NCBI GenBank assembly: GCA_018818885.1
Contig: JAHIRB010000018.1
Location: 5,041 to 69,040 of the forward strand
Direction: 5' to 3'
Source of the DNA: Patescibacteria group bacterium
GTDB lineage: Bacteria > Patescibacteriota > Patescibacteriia > Buchananbacterales > SURF-54
Length of the DNA stretch: 64,000 bases
The notes under the pieces were generated by a model. It was not told the DNA's origin. It searched no databases and saw nothing but the letters and a program-made list of their open reading frames with translations. Made by a program: the position numbers and the translations under genes. Positions 9,303 through 16,995 of the stretch are shown piece by piece; position 1 is the first letter of the stretch; every line of letters begins with the position of its first letter.

Positions 9303-10613
9303 ATGCCAAATATAGAATTCAATTACAAAAACATCAGCTTTATCAAAGAGGATAAAATAAAAAATTCTGCAGAAAGTTTAAAGACCTATGTAGACCATCT
9401 TAAAATTGTTGCAGAGGCAAACAACTATGAATCAGACGAAGCTTCTATTTTTGCACCTTTTGATTTAGCTGCACAAAAAGAAATAAAGAGTGCGGTAGAA
9501 CAAACAAGTAGCAATATTTTAAAATATATTATTGTAGTAGGAATTGGCGGTTCAAACTTAGGTACTAAAGCAGTTTACGAAGCATTATTTGGAAATTTAG
9601 ATTCATTAAAAAAGAGACAACCTAAAATAATTTTTATAGATACAGTTGCTCCAAGTTTAATGGCAAATGTAAAATTAATTTTGGATGAAATTAAAACCAC
9701 AGAAGAAGTATTAATAAATCTCATCACAAAATCAGGCACTAATACCGAACCGATAGTTAACTTTGAGGGATTATATGCTTATCTGATAAAGCGTTTTCCA
9801 AACATTAACGAAAGAATAGTAGTTACAACAAGCGGTGGGACAAAACTATGGCAAAAATCTCATGAACTGGGTCTTACTATTTTAGACCACCCTACAGTTG
9901 GTGGCAGATATTCAGTTTTCACAGCTGTTGGTTTATTTCCGTTAGCTGTTGTTGGTGTTAATATTAATTCTTTACTAAAGGGTGCACAAGAAATGAGAGA
10001 TTTATGCATATCGTCGGACTTTGATGAAAATGTTGCATTGATTTCTGCAGTTTTGATACATCAACATTATCAAAAAGGCAAAAATATTTTAAACAACTTC
10101 TTTTTTAATCCAGAGCTTGAATCAGTCGGCAAGTGGTATCGCCAACTCATAGGTGAAAGTATTGGTAAAGAAAAAGATACGCGTGGAAACGAAGTCAACG
10201 CAGGCATCACACCCATTGTTTCCATTGGTTCAACAGATCTTCATTCCATGGCGCAACTATATTTAGGTGGACCAGATGATAAATTTACAAATTTTGTATA
10301 TGCTACAGACAAATCAGAGGCAGCTGTTCCAACACAGCAACTATTTCCAGGAGTAGTTGAAGGCCTAGAGGGTAAAGATTTAAAAATAATAATGAACGCA
10401 ATAATAGAGGGAGTTAAAAAAGCCTATTACAAAAAACAAATACCATACATGGAAATAAATATGCCAGAAATTTCTGCTTATACAATAGGACAATTTTTAC
10501 AGTTTAAGATGATGGAGATGATGTATTTGGCTAAGTTGATGGGAGTAAATGCATTCGATCAACCTAATGTAGAAGAATACAAAGAAGAGACTAGAAAACT
10601 CCTTGAATCTTAG
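9303..10613 (+). CDS. pgi: glucose-6-phosphate isomerase
   Basis: VVGIGGSNLGTKAV (SIS domain) and GGRYSVFTAVG motifs. Start set at ATG 9303, immediately after the LOG stop. Confidence 0.85.
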   Translation: MPNIEFNYKNISFIKEDKIKNSAESLKTYVDHLKIVAEANNYESDEASIFAPFDLAAQKEIKSAVEQTSSNILKYIIVVGIGGSNLGTKAVYEALFGNLDSLKKRQPKIIFIDTVAPSLMANVKLILDEIKTTEEVLINLITKSGTNTEPIVNFEGLYAYLIKRFPNINERIVVTTSGGTKLWQKSHELGLTILDHPTVGGRYSVFTAVGLFPLAVVGVNINSLLKGAQEMRDLCISSDFDENVALISAVLIHQHYQKGKNILNNFFFNPELESVGKWYRQLIGESIGKEKDTRGNEVNAGITPIVSIGSTDLHSMAQLYLGGPDDKFTNFVYATDKSEAAVPTQQLFPGVVEGLEGKDLKIIMNAIIEGVKKAYYKKQIPYMEINMPEISAYTIGQFLQFKMMEMMYLAKLMGVNAFDQPNVEEYKEETRKLLES

Positions 10614-10709
10614 CTTTCTTATTTTTACAAATTATTTTTTTAGTTAATGATGGGTATGTACTCATTTTTTTCTTTGATACTTTTGTAACCAAAAGTATCC
10701 AAAAGTTTT

Positions 10710-10783
10710 GGGGTGGCGAAACTCGCACTTGCCTATGGGAAGGTGTGAGTATACTTTCCACGGGCTCGGACAGTCGCCACCCC
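10710..10783. other. tRNA-sized (74 nt) GC-rich structured element with a 10-bp terminal helix GGGGTGGCGA/TCGCCACCCC
   Basis: Closing helix plus internal hairpins (GCGAAACTCGC). No T-loop consensus, so not called as a tRNA. Lies just upstream of the corA promoter. Confidence 0.3.
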
Positions 10784-10811
10784 AAACCCCAGTCTTTCTA
10801 AGATATTCTCT

Positions 10812-10840
10812 TGTCAATATTCCCAAAGTATACTACAATG
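10812..10840 (+). promoter_or_regulatory. sigma70-like promoter TTGTCA-17-TACAAT for corA
   Basis: TTGTCA at 10812-10817, 17-nt spacer, TACAAT at 10835-10840. About 38 nt upstream of the corA ATG. Confidence 0.4.
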
Positions 10841-10877
10841 ATAACGTAAAAAATAAAACAGTTGAGGGTATTTTTTT

Positions 10878-11798
10878 ATGATTAAAATTTATAAGAAGAC
10901 AGTTAAAGAAGCAGAACTAACCGAAGTAAATGATTTTATTTTGGGTTCTTGGGTTAGAGTTGTGGATCCAACCCAAGAAGAAGTTCAATTGTTGGCAGAT
11001 AAAACTGGCATTGCTTTAGATATTTTGGAAGACGCGGTTGATGAAGCAGAGCTACCTCGTATTGAATACGACCAAGGTAACCTCGTAGCTATTATTCGTG
11101 TCCCTGTGTCTAATGGTGATGGTGTTACGTCGATTCCTTTAACAATTATTATCACCAATAGATACATCGTTACGATTAGTATCAAATCTAATGAAATTAT
11201 TAAATTGTTTTTAGAAAATAAAATTGAATGCTTTACAACACAGAAGTCCAAATTTTTATTAAAGATTTTAGATCAAACTAATCGTTCATACGACAAATTG
11301 ATCAAAGGGATTTCAAAAAATATTAGTAGACAAAAATACAAGCTTGATAGTTTAAAAAATAAAGATATTTTTAATTTAGTACAACAAGAAGAAGTTTTGA
11401 ATAATTTTATTTCTTCCTTGGTTCCCAATTCCAATGTTTTTGATAGAATTTTAAAGGGAAAATATTTAAAATTATACGAACAAGACGAAGAATTAGTAGA
11501 AGATTTACTTATTGATGTACGACAGGTTATTGATCTATGTAACACCAACATCAAAACTATTAAAAACGTTCGTGAAGCATACCAAACTATACTTTCGAAC
11601 AACTTAAATAAGTTATTGAAGTTTTTGACATCAATTACCATAATCTTGACTTTGCCGACAATAATTGCTAGTATCTACGGAATGAATGTTGAGCTGCCAG
11701 GCGGCGGATCTCATTTTGCATTTTATTATATAGCGGGATTTACTATTATTGTTATGGCAGCAGCCTACGCAATATTTAATTGGAAAAAGTGGTTGTAA
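10878..11798 (+). CDS. corA: CorA-family Mg2+/Co2+ transporter
   Basis: 306 aa, a cytoplasmic domain then two C-terminal TM helices with YGMNV (GMN motif). Second CorA paralog in the window. Confidence 0.85.
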   Translation: MIKIYKKTVKEAELTEVNDFILGSWVRVVDPTQEEVQLLADKTGIALDILEDAVDEAELPRIEYDQGNLVAIIRVPVSNGDGVTSIPLTIIITNRYIVTISIKSNEIIKLFLENKIECFTTQKSKFLLKILDQTNRSYDKLIKGISKNISRQKYKLDSLKNKDIFNLVQQEEVLNNFISSLVPNSNVFDRILKGKYLKLYEQDEELVEDLLIDVRQVIDLCNTNIKTIKNVREAYQTILSNNLNKLLKFLTSITIILTLPTIIASIYGMNVELPGGGSHFAFYYIAGFTIIVMAAAYAIFNWKKWL

Positions 11799-11804
11799 TT
11801 TAAA

Positions 11805-12251
11805 ATGATAAATATGAAGAAATTTTTTGTCCTATCAGGATTAGTTTTAATTTTAATCACCGGGTGTAAACAAAACACGTCAATAAATATTATTGAGCAG
11901 GTTTGTTTAAAAAATTATTGTTTTTATGTAGAGCTGGCTCAGACTTCAGAAGAAAGATCGCAAGGGTTGATGTATAGAACAGAGTTAGGTCAAAACAAAG
12001 GAATGTTGTTTGTTTATCCAGACGAGGCAATAAGAAGTTTTTGGATGAAAAATACAAAGATCCCATTGGATATAATTTTTATCGATAATAATAAGCGAGT
12101 AGTTAGCATAAGTAAGGATACGCAGCCATGTATAGAGGATCCATGCCCCAGTTATAAGTCTGCCGATAAGGCACAATACGTTTTGGAAATAAATGGTGGA
12201 ATGTCAGACCAGATAGGATTGAAAGTTGGATCAATATTACAATTTAGATAA
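11805..12251 (+). CDS. DUF192-domain lipoprotein
   Basis: Signal peptide plus a lipobox-like LITGC, and ERSQGLMYR...GMLFVY...WMKNTKIPLDIIFID, which match the DUF192 consensus. Confidence 0.55.
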   Translation: MINMKKFFVLSGLVLILITGCKQNTSINIIEQVCLKNYCFYVELAQTSEERSQGLMYRTELGQNKGMLFVYPDEAIRSFWMKNTKIPLDIIFIDNNKRVVSISKDTQPCIEDPCPSYKSADKAQYVLEINGGMSDQIGLKVGSILQFR

Positions 12252-12254
12252 TTT

Positions 12255-12340
12255 GCGGGTATAGTGGTTTATTGTCACTCTCAGCCGCAGAGAGCGGGTA
12301 TAGTATAATGGCTTATTATGTCAGCCTTCCAAGCTGAAGA
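12255..12340 (+). pseudogene. two truncated 5' copies of tRNA-Gly (through the D-arm and through the anticodon arm)
   Basis: GCGGGTATAGTGGTTTATT... and GCGGGTATAGTATAATGGCTTATTATGTCAGCCTTCCAAGCTGAAG match the downstream tRNA-Gly up to the anticodon stem, then diverge. No T-arm. Confidence 0.45.
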
Positions 12341-12380
12341 TTAAACAATTAAAAAATAATATTTTCATCGTGTATTAAGA

Positions 12381-12453
12381 GCGGGTGTCGTATAGTGGTT
12401 TATTATGTCAGCCTTCCAAGCTGAAGAGGGCGGTTCGATTCCGCTCACCCGCT
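12381..12453 (+). tRNA. tRNA-Gly (anticodon TCC)
   Basis: Acceptor GCGGGTG/CACCCGC, anticodon arm TCAGC-CTTCCAA-GCTGA, T-arm GGCGG-TTCGATT-CCGCT. The flanks extend the acceptor helix to 14 bp (ATTAAGAGCGGGTG...CACCCGCTCTTAAT). Folded by hand. Confidence 0.75.
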
Positions 12454-12542
12454 CTTAATACGGGATTTTGGATTCCCGCCTGCCCCGTAAACGACTCTGA
12501 GTTTATCGAATAGAGTTTTACGGGGTTACCCGCTCCATGATA

Positions 12543-12568
12543 AAAGCCCCTTAAAACGGGGCTTTTGT
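12543..12568 (+). terminator. intrinsic terminator AAGCCCC-TTAAAAC-GGGGCTTTT
   Basis: 7-bp GC stem plus a T-run. Preceded by a longer hairpin CCCCGTAAA...TTTACGGGG at 12484-12526. Confidence 0.5.
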
Positions 12569-12595
12569 GATAGACTGGTAAAGCAAGTTAGAATT

Positions 12596-13321
12596 TTATT
12601 TAATATTATTCCAAAGATGCTGAATCATTGTTTTGTGCGTATCAGCAATATCTTTATCTTCAATAATCACACCCATTAGGTTATTTAAAGAAACCATAGT
12701 TGTTTTGTTATCAAATACTAAGATATCTGTAGCTATCTTAAAACTACGAGGTAAAAACTTAGTTTCACTTAGTCCCGTTCTGTATTTTTTTTGTGCATAT
12801 TCTCTGGCTTTTTTACTTTCCTGCATTAAATCATAAATAATACCTCCCTGACGATTCAAGATATTAAATAGATGTCTGTTTTCTTTCTCTGTAAAAACAT
12901 CAGAATAATTATCAAATGAAAACATAGACCAAATTTCTTTTGATCTAAAGACTTCCTCATACATTTTAGTAAGTCTATCTTTGCCTTCATAAAATCTTAC
13001 TTTAGGTTGTTTTGAGCTTTTTTGGTATATAGATTCTAAGTCTGGCAGAATATCCTTAATTTTTTCCTTTTTTTCTTCTAAATACTCAATTAGCTTACTG
13101 GGCTTTTCAGCTTTATAGTGTGTAATAGTCCCAGAGGGAATAGATATTAAAAGATTCTTTTTTAATAATTCTTCAATAATAAGATAAGTGGTGGGTCTTT
13201 TTAGACCCGCCCTTTTTGATAATTGGGTGATAGAGCATGTGCCTAAGGTTAAAGCAGCCAAATAAACGTTGGTTTCCTTATCGTTTAAGCCAAATTGTTG
13301 AAGGATAGTTTCTTTTTCCAT
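12596..13321 (-). CDS. TrmB-family transcriptional regulator (paralog 1)
   Basis: N-terminal winged HTH (NVYLAALTLGTCSITQLSKRAGLKRPTTYLIIEELLKKNLL) typical of TrmB. 241 aa. Confidence 0.7.
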   Translation of the reverse strand: MEKETILQQFGLNDKETNVYLAALTLGTCSITQLSKRAGLKRPTTYLIIEELLKKNLLISIPSGTITHYKAEKPSKLIEYLEEKKEKIKDILPDLESIYQKSSKQPKVRFYEGKDRLTKMYEEVFRSKEIWSMFSFDNYSDVFTEKENRHLFNILNRQGGIIYDLMQESKKAREYAQKKYRTGLSETKFLPRSFKIATDILVFDNKTTMVSLNNLMGVIIEDKDIADTHKTMIQHLWNNIK

Positions 13322-13472
13322 ATATTTAATCTTTATATCAGTTTAGCATAATTTTACTAAAATGTCAAGATTTCTGACGAATTTATAAAAAAAAATAGCA
13401 GGTTTTATAAATCTATTGTATGATGCAAAGTTAAAATTAACAGTACATTGAAAACTAAAAATGAGGTAGAAA

Positions 13473-13880
13473 ATGGGTGAGATAATTTTAACAGAAGGCG
13501 AAGAAAACTGTGTAAACAATATAGTTGGCGAGCTATTCTTTCATGTCCGAAAGGGTACGCTCACACACGGTATGGGAAAGGGGGTATTTCAGAGAAACTG
13601 TATTCATGAGATAGACTGCCACTGGTCAGATCGGGGGTGTATCGACATCAGTATGAGCGAATACGTCAGCGAGATTAACACCAACATGCTTTTAATCTTG
13701 TTTGCAGTTGTAAACAAGATTACTGCAAAACACTCAGTGCATGTTAGCCTTAGTTTTCCTTCTTGGGAAGAACTAAATGCTAACAGGTCACAACCTCCAC
13801 CACCAGATACTTTCTGGATGGAAGCGCTTGCCAGTCAGGGAGAGCCTGAACAGGTAACGGAGGAAGATTGGAAGGAATAA
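13473..13880 (+). CDS. Cys/His-rich small protein (SD-bearing small-ORF class), divergent from TrmB paralog 1
   Basis: 135 aa. GAGGT SD. Cys/His cluster (C13, H24, H32, C43, H45, C49, H50, C56). GC-richer than its surroundings. Own terminator at 13911-13948. Confidence 0.45.
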   Translation: MGEIILTEGEENCVNNIVGELFFHVRKGTLTHGMGKGVFQRNCIHEIDCHWSDRGCIDISMSEYVSEINTNMLLILFAVVNKITAKHSVHVSLSFPSWEELNANRSQPPPPDTFWMEALASQGEPEQVTEEDWKE

Positions 13881-13910
13881 AAAGAATATGTTTCTTTAAG
13901 GGAGGTGATA

Positions 13911-13948
13911 TAGAGACTCATTAAGTATTATAATGGGTCTCTTTTTTA
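13911..13948 (+). terminator. intrinsic terminator AGAGACTCATTAAGTATTATAATGGGTCTCT plus T7
   Basis: GAGAC/GTCTC stem followed by TTTTTTATTTT. Confidence 0.5.
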
Positions 13949-13979
13949 TTTTAGAATTTATGCACAAACTTAATCTTAA

Positions 13980-14007
13980 TTCATCACCACAGTTCTAATA
14001 TCATTGA
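13980..14007 (+). repeat. 28-bp direct repeat copy 1 (CAGTTCTAATATCATTGACTAACCCGCT)
   Basis: Copy 1 of four near-identical copies downstream of consecutive plus-strand ORFs. Ends in ACCCGCT, identical to the tRNA-Gly 3' acceptor core. Confidence 0.6.
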
Positions 14008-14089
14008 CTAACCCGCTTGGCGAAAAGCTGTCCCTACAGGACGGTTTTTTGCTTACACTGAGTTTGCCGAAGTGGTATACTGAAAGTGT

Positions 14090-14485
14090 ATGAAAAAAAT
14101 TTATTTCTTAATATTAATTTTCTTTTTCTTTAACATTATCAATAATGTAGAAGCACTTTTTGTAGATTTTATTGATATGCCGTACAGTCCCGAATATGAG
14201 CATTGTTTTAATAAAGAAGGATACCAGTGTATAGGGATTTATTATGCCAACGGACCTTGCAAAGGCACTGAAGATGTAGATAAGTATTGTATTAAAAAAT
14301 CTGATTCGAAAATTGTGAAATTGTATAAAGAAAAAAAGTTTATGCTAATAAAATTCAAAAATAGGGTTTTTAGTGATATAAAACGCAATCCCGCATCTTC
14401 AGCAGGAATAGCTATTACTATACTATTAGTTATATATTTAATTTTTAGTATCATAAAAAAAAAGTTAAATAAGATAAAAAAATAA
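14090..14485 (+). CDS. hypothetical secreted/membrane-anchored Cys-containing protein
   Basis: 131 aa with a signal peptide, a 6-Cys ectodomain and a C-terminal TM anchor plus K-rich tail. Confidence 0.45.
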   Translation: MKKIYFLILIFFFFNIINNVEALFVDFIDMPYSPEYEHCFNKEGYQCIGIYYANGPCKGTEDVDKYCIKKSDSKIVKLYKEKKFMLIKFKNRVFSDIKRNPASSAGIAITILLVIYLIFSIIKKKLNKIKK

Positions 14486-14516
14486 TCCTTCAAAATTTAT
14501 ATAGTATTTGATATGA

Positions 14517-14544
14517 CAGTTCTAACATCATTGACTAACCCGCT
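14517..14544 (+). repeat. 28-bp direct repeat copy 2 (CAGTTCTAACATCATTGACTAACCCGCT)
   Basis: 27/28 identical to copy 1. Followed by the terminator CACTCCC-CTAAA-GGGAGTG-TTTTT. Confidence 0.6.
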
Positions 14545-14592
14545 CCAGCATTAGCACTCCCCTAAAGGGAGTGTTTTTGATATAATTTTAAT

Positions 14593-15978
14593 ATGAATTT
14601 AATATTACTAAGTTTGGCTGTAATCGTCATTCTTTATTTCACAATTAACCCTTCAAAGAAATGGAAAGTGGCTTTTAATATGGCCACTGTTTCCATTGCA
14701 GCTTTAATTGTTTTATTATTGTTGAAAGTTATTGATATCGAAACAATCATTTCTGGCATCATCGGCACTAATGGAATTGAGCCTTGGAAGGTTTTAGTTA
14801 TATTTTTTAGCGTTGCTTACGTAAGCGTGAGTACAGATGTAACTGGTATTTTTGATTATATAGCATATAGGTTAGTAAGATTAGCAAACGGTGACGGTAT
14901 TAAGCTTTTTTTGTTTTTTTATTGCTTTGCAGGATTCTTAAGTATATTTACTTCTAATGATATTGTTATTTTAACTTTGACTCCGATCATTTTTTATTTA
15001 GGCAAACATGCAAAGATAAATATTATTCCATTATTGTTTGCGGAGTTTTTTGCTGCCAACACCCTTAGTATGCTGTTGTATATTGATAATCCTACAAACA
15101 TTATAATGGTTAATGCGCTAGGGATCGGGTTTGTAGAATATTTGTCAGTCATGTGGCTTCCAACCTTGGTTGCAGCAATTGTTAACTATATATTGTTATA
15201 TTTAATATTTAGAAAACAAATAACTAAAAAATATAATTTAAATGAGAATTCTGAGTTTACAGTAAGAAATAAATTAGACGCCACAATAAGCAGTACATTG
15301 ATGATCGCAATGTTTATTTTTTTAGTATTATCAGACAGTATGGAATTTTCTATTTGGAAAATAACATCTATTTTTGCTATGTTGTTTATAATAGAAGATA
15401 TTTTATTTAGTTTATATTATCAAAGAAAATCACGACAATTATCAGCACCACAACTTGATAAACGAGAAGTCGTGTTAGGTATACCGAAAGAAAAAAATGA
15501 ATTTTGGTTAGCAATAAAGCGTGTACCTTGGAAAATATTACCATTTGTAACAGTTTTTTTTATTTTGGTTTATCATTTAAGTCACATAGGTGTTATTGAA
15601 AGTATAAGTGAGTGGTTATCTGCTGGATCAAATTCTCTTCTGTCGAGTATTGGCTTAAATGGTGTGGTAGCTTTCATCAGTGCGAACATAATTAACAATC
15701 AGCCAATGGCAATTTTGTATTCTTATGTATTTACAAATGCAAAATTAACATTACAAGGGATTGAATTGCGGGGGGCAGTTTATGCAGTTATAATTGCTAG
15801 TAATTTAGCTGCAAATTTTACAATAATAGGTGCTTTGGCAGGCCTAATGTGGAAGAAAATATTAAAAGACAAAGGAGTTCAAATATCATATTTTGATTTT
15901 ATAAAAAAAGGTATTGTAATAACGCCGTTGGTTTTTGTAGCAACATTGGCTACACTCTATGTAATACTTCAGTTCTAA
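14593..15978 (+). CDS. ArsB/NhaD-superfamily anion permease (arsenite efflux pump ArsB-like)
   Basis: 461 aa polytopic protein. CFAGFLSIFTSNDIVILTLTPII...AANTLSMLLYIDNPTNIIMVN aligns to ArsB SNDATALLMTPI...AANVGS...PIGHPTNLVMV. Confidence 0.75.
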   Translation: MNLILLSLAVIVILYFTINPSKKWKVAFNMATVSIAALIVLLLLKVIDIETIISGIIGTNGIEPWKVLVIFFSVAYVSVSTDVTGIFDYIAYRLVRLANGDGIKLFLFFYCFAGFLSIFTSNDIVILTLTPIIFYLGKHAKINIIPLLFAEFFAANTLSMLLYIDNPTNIIMVNALGIGFVEYLSVMWLPTLVAAIVNYILLYLIFRKQITKKYNLNENSEFTVRNKLDATISSTLMIAMFIFLVLSDSMEFSIWKITSIFAMLFIIEDILFSLYYQRKSRQLSAPQLDKREVVLGIPKEKNEFWLAIKRVPWKILPFVTVFFILVYHLSHIGVIESISEWLSAGSNSLLSSIGLNGVVAFISANIINNQPMAILYSYVFTNAKLTLQGIELRGAVYAVIIASNLAANFTIIGALAGLMWKKILKDKGVQISYFDFIKKGIVITPLVFVATLATLYVILQF

Positions 15979-15997
15979 TATCATTGACTAACTCGCT
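15970..15997 (+). repeat. 28-bp direct repeat copy 3 (CAGTTCTAATATCATTGACTAACTCGCT)
   Basis: Overlaps the last codons and stop of the permease gene. 27/28 identical to copy 1. Confidence 0.6.
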
Positions 15998-16200
15998 GTT
16001 TGTATTTATTTTCACCTTCCCCTCCTACACTTCTCGTTTCACTCGAAGTTTTGGAGGGCAGGCAAGTTTACCTGCCGAATCCGCCAGAGGCGGAGAAGGC
16101 AGGCTGAAAATATGGGTTCTGCGCCAGGGGCGCACCAGCCTGGCTGGAATTCCTCTTCACACGCTTTTGACTAGATCATCGCCGAAAGGGTGGTTTTTTA
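15998..16200 (+). other. GC-rich multi-hairpin element (candidate structured RNA or decayed GC-rich repeat) ending in a T-run
   Basis: Consecutive short hairpins CCCTCC..GGAGGG, GGCAGG..CCTGCC, CCGCCAGAGGCGG, TGCGCCAGGGGCGCA and CCAGCCTGGCTGG, then GGGTGGTTTTTT. The ORF 15984-16208 called here is probably spurious. Confidence 0.35.
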
Positions 16201-16240
16201 TTACTTAATAATGAAAAGTTGGAACTATTATAATAATCTA

Positions 16241-16269
16241 TTGACAAACTATTAACCGTTGTATATACT
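16241..16269 (+). promoter_or_regulatory. consensus sigma70 promoter TTGACA-17-TATACT for the dinJ-yafQ operon
   Basis: TTGACA at 16241-16246, 17-nt spacer, TATACT at 16264-16269, 27 nt upstream of the dinJ ATG. Confidence 0.55.
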
Positions 16270-16295
16270 TTAGTTATATAATTAATACAAAGAAT

Positions 16296-16571
16296 ATGAA
16301 AACAATTATCAACATTAAATCCGACAGAGATATAAAAGAGAAAGCTCAAAAAATTGCTAAAAATTTAGGGTTGCCCCTAAGTACTTTGATCAATGCTTAT
16401 TTACGCCAGCTTATTAGAAATGAAGAGATTCATTTCTCTACTGCCCCTATGATGACGAAAGAACTTGAAGAAACAATAACAATTGCCATGCAAGACTTAA
16501 AGGCCAAGAAAAATGTTTCTCCCACTTTTTCTAGCAAAAAAGTCATGAATGATTATCTTGATTCTTTATGA
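16296..16571 (+). CDS. dinJ: type II antitoxin, RelB/DinJ family
   Basis: 91-aa RHH protein (LGLPLSTLINAYLRQLI). 4-bp ATGA overlap with the downstream toxin. Confidence 0.75.
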   Translation: MKTIINIKSDRDIKEKAQKIAKNLGLPLSTLINAYLRQLIRNEEIHFSTAPMMTKELEETITIAMQDLKAKKNVSPTFSSKKVMNDYLDSL

Positions 16572-16828
16572 AAATAAAGTATCATAAGATATTCACTAAT
16601 AAATTTGGCAAGCTTAAGATAAAAGTACGAGAGAAAGCAAAAGAAAGATTAATAATTTTTTTTGACGATCCATTTAATGAAAGGTTAAATAATCATGCTC
16701 TGCAAGGTAAGTATATAGGATTTCGTAGTATAAATATTAGTGGCGATCTTAGGGCAATATATAAAATGATTAATAATGACACAGTTTTTTTTATTGACTT
16801 GGATACACATAGCAACCTTTATTCTTGA
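16568..16828 (+). CDS. yafQ: type II toxin, YafQ/RelE family mRNA interferase
   Basis: 86 aa. LNNHALQGKYIGFRSINISGDLRAIYKMIN...THSNLY matches the YafQ/RelE core. Confidence 0.75.
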   Translation: MKIKYHKIFTNKFGKLKIKVREKAKERLIIFFDDPFNERLNNHALQGKYIGFRSINISGDLRAIYKMINNDTVFFIDLDTHSNLYS

Positions 16829-16831
16829 TTT

Positions 16832-16859
16832 CAGTTTTAATATCATTGTCTAATTTGCT
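16832..16859 (+). repeat. 28-bp direct repeat copy 4, degenerate (CAGTTTTAATATCATTGTCTAATTTGCT)
   Basis: 22/28 identical to copy 1, immediately after the yafQ stop. Last copy before the PurD-like gene. Confidence 0.5.
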
Positions 16860-16995
16860 TTCTGCGCCTGCATCAAAGATTAGATATTTGACTATTAACA
16901 AACGAATCGCCTACTTAGGTGTTTTTTTGTTTAGTCTGGTATATGCAAACTTTTAAAAACTGCTATAATTATATTGTTTTTACTTATCAACACTT

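Noticed and set aside
10710-10783. tRNA call for the 74-nt element with a 10-bp terminal helix
   Set aside because: No T-loop (TTCRANT) and no convincing D or anticodon arms. Kept only as a structured element.
10591-10785. Minus-strand 64-aa ORF covering the GC-rich structured element after pgi
   Set aside because: Composed of GC-rich hairpin sequence. No translation signals.
10690-10800. M-box (Mg2+) riboswitch upstream of corA
   Set aside because: The structured element lies upstream of the predicted corA promoter, not in the leader, and none of the conserved M-box sequence blocks were recognised.
10985-12176. Minus-strand ORFs 10985-11251, 11273-11641 and 11985-12176
   Set aside because: Antisense to corA and the DUF192 gene. 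AT-rich low-complexity translations.
15984-16208. 74-aa ORF in the GC-rich hairpin block
   Set aside because: The sequence is a string of palindromes. The translation is Arg/Gly/Ser-rich junk with no SD.
13980-16859. Interpreting the four 28-bp repeats as a CRISPR array, canonical integron attC sites or XerCD dif-like sites
   Set aside because: Spacing is 537-1453 bp with whole genes between, not 30-40 bp spacers. No RYYYAAC/GTTRRRY cores or attC-type dyad symmetry were found by eye, and no intI. The 28-mer has no internal 11-6-11 dyad. Retained only as att-like or cassette-boundary repeats.
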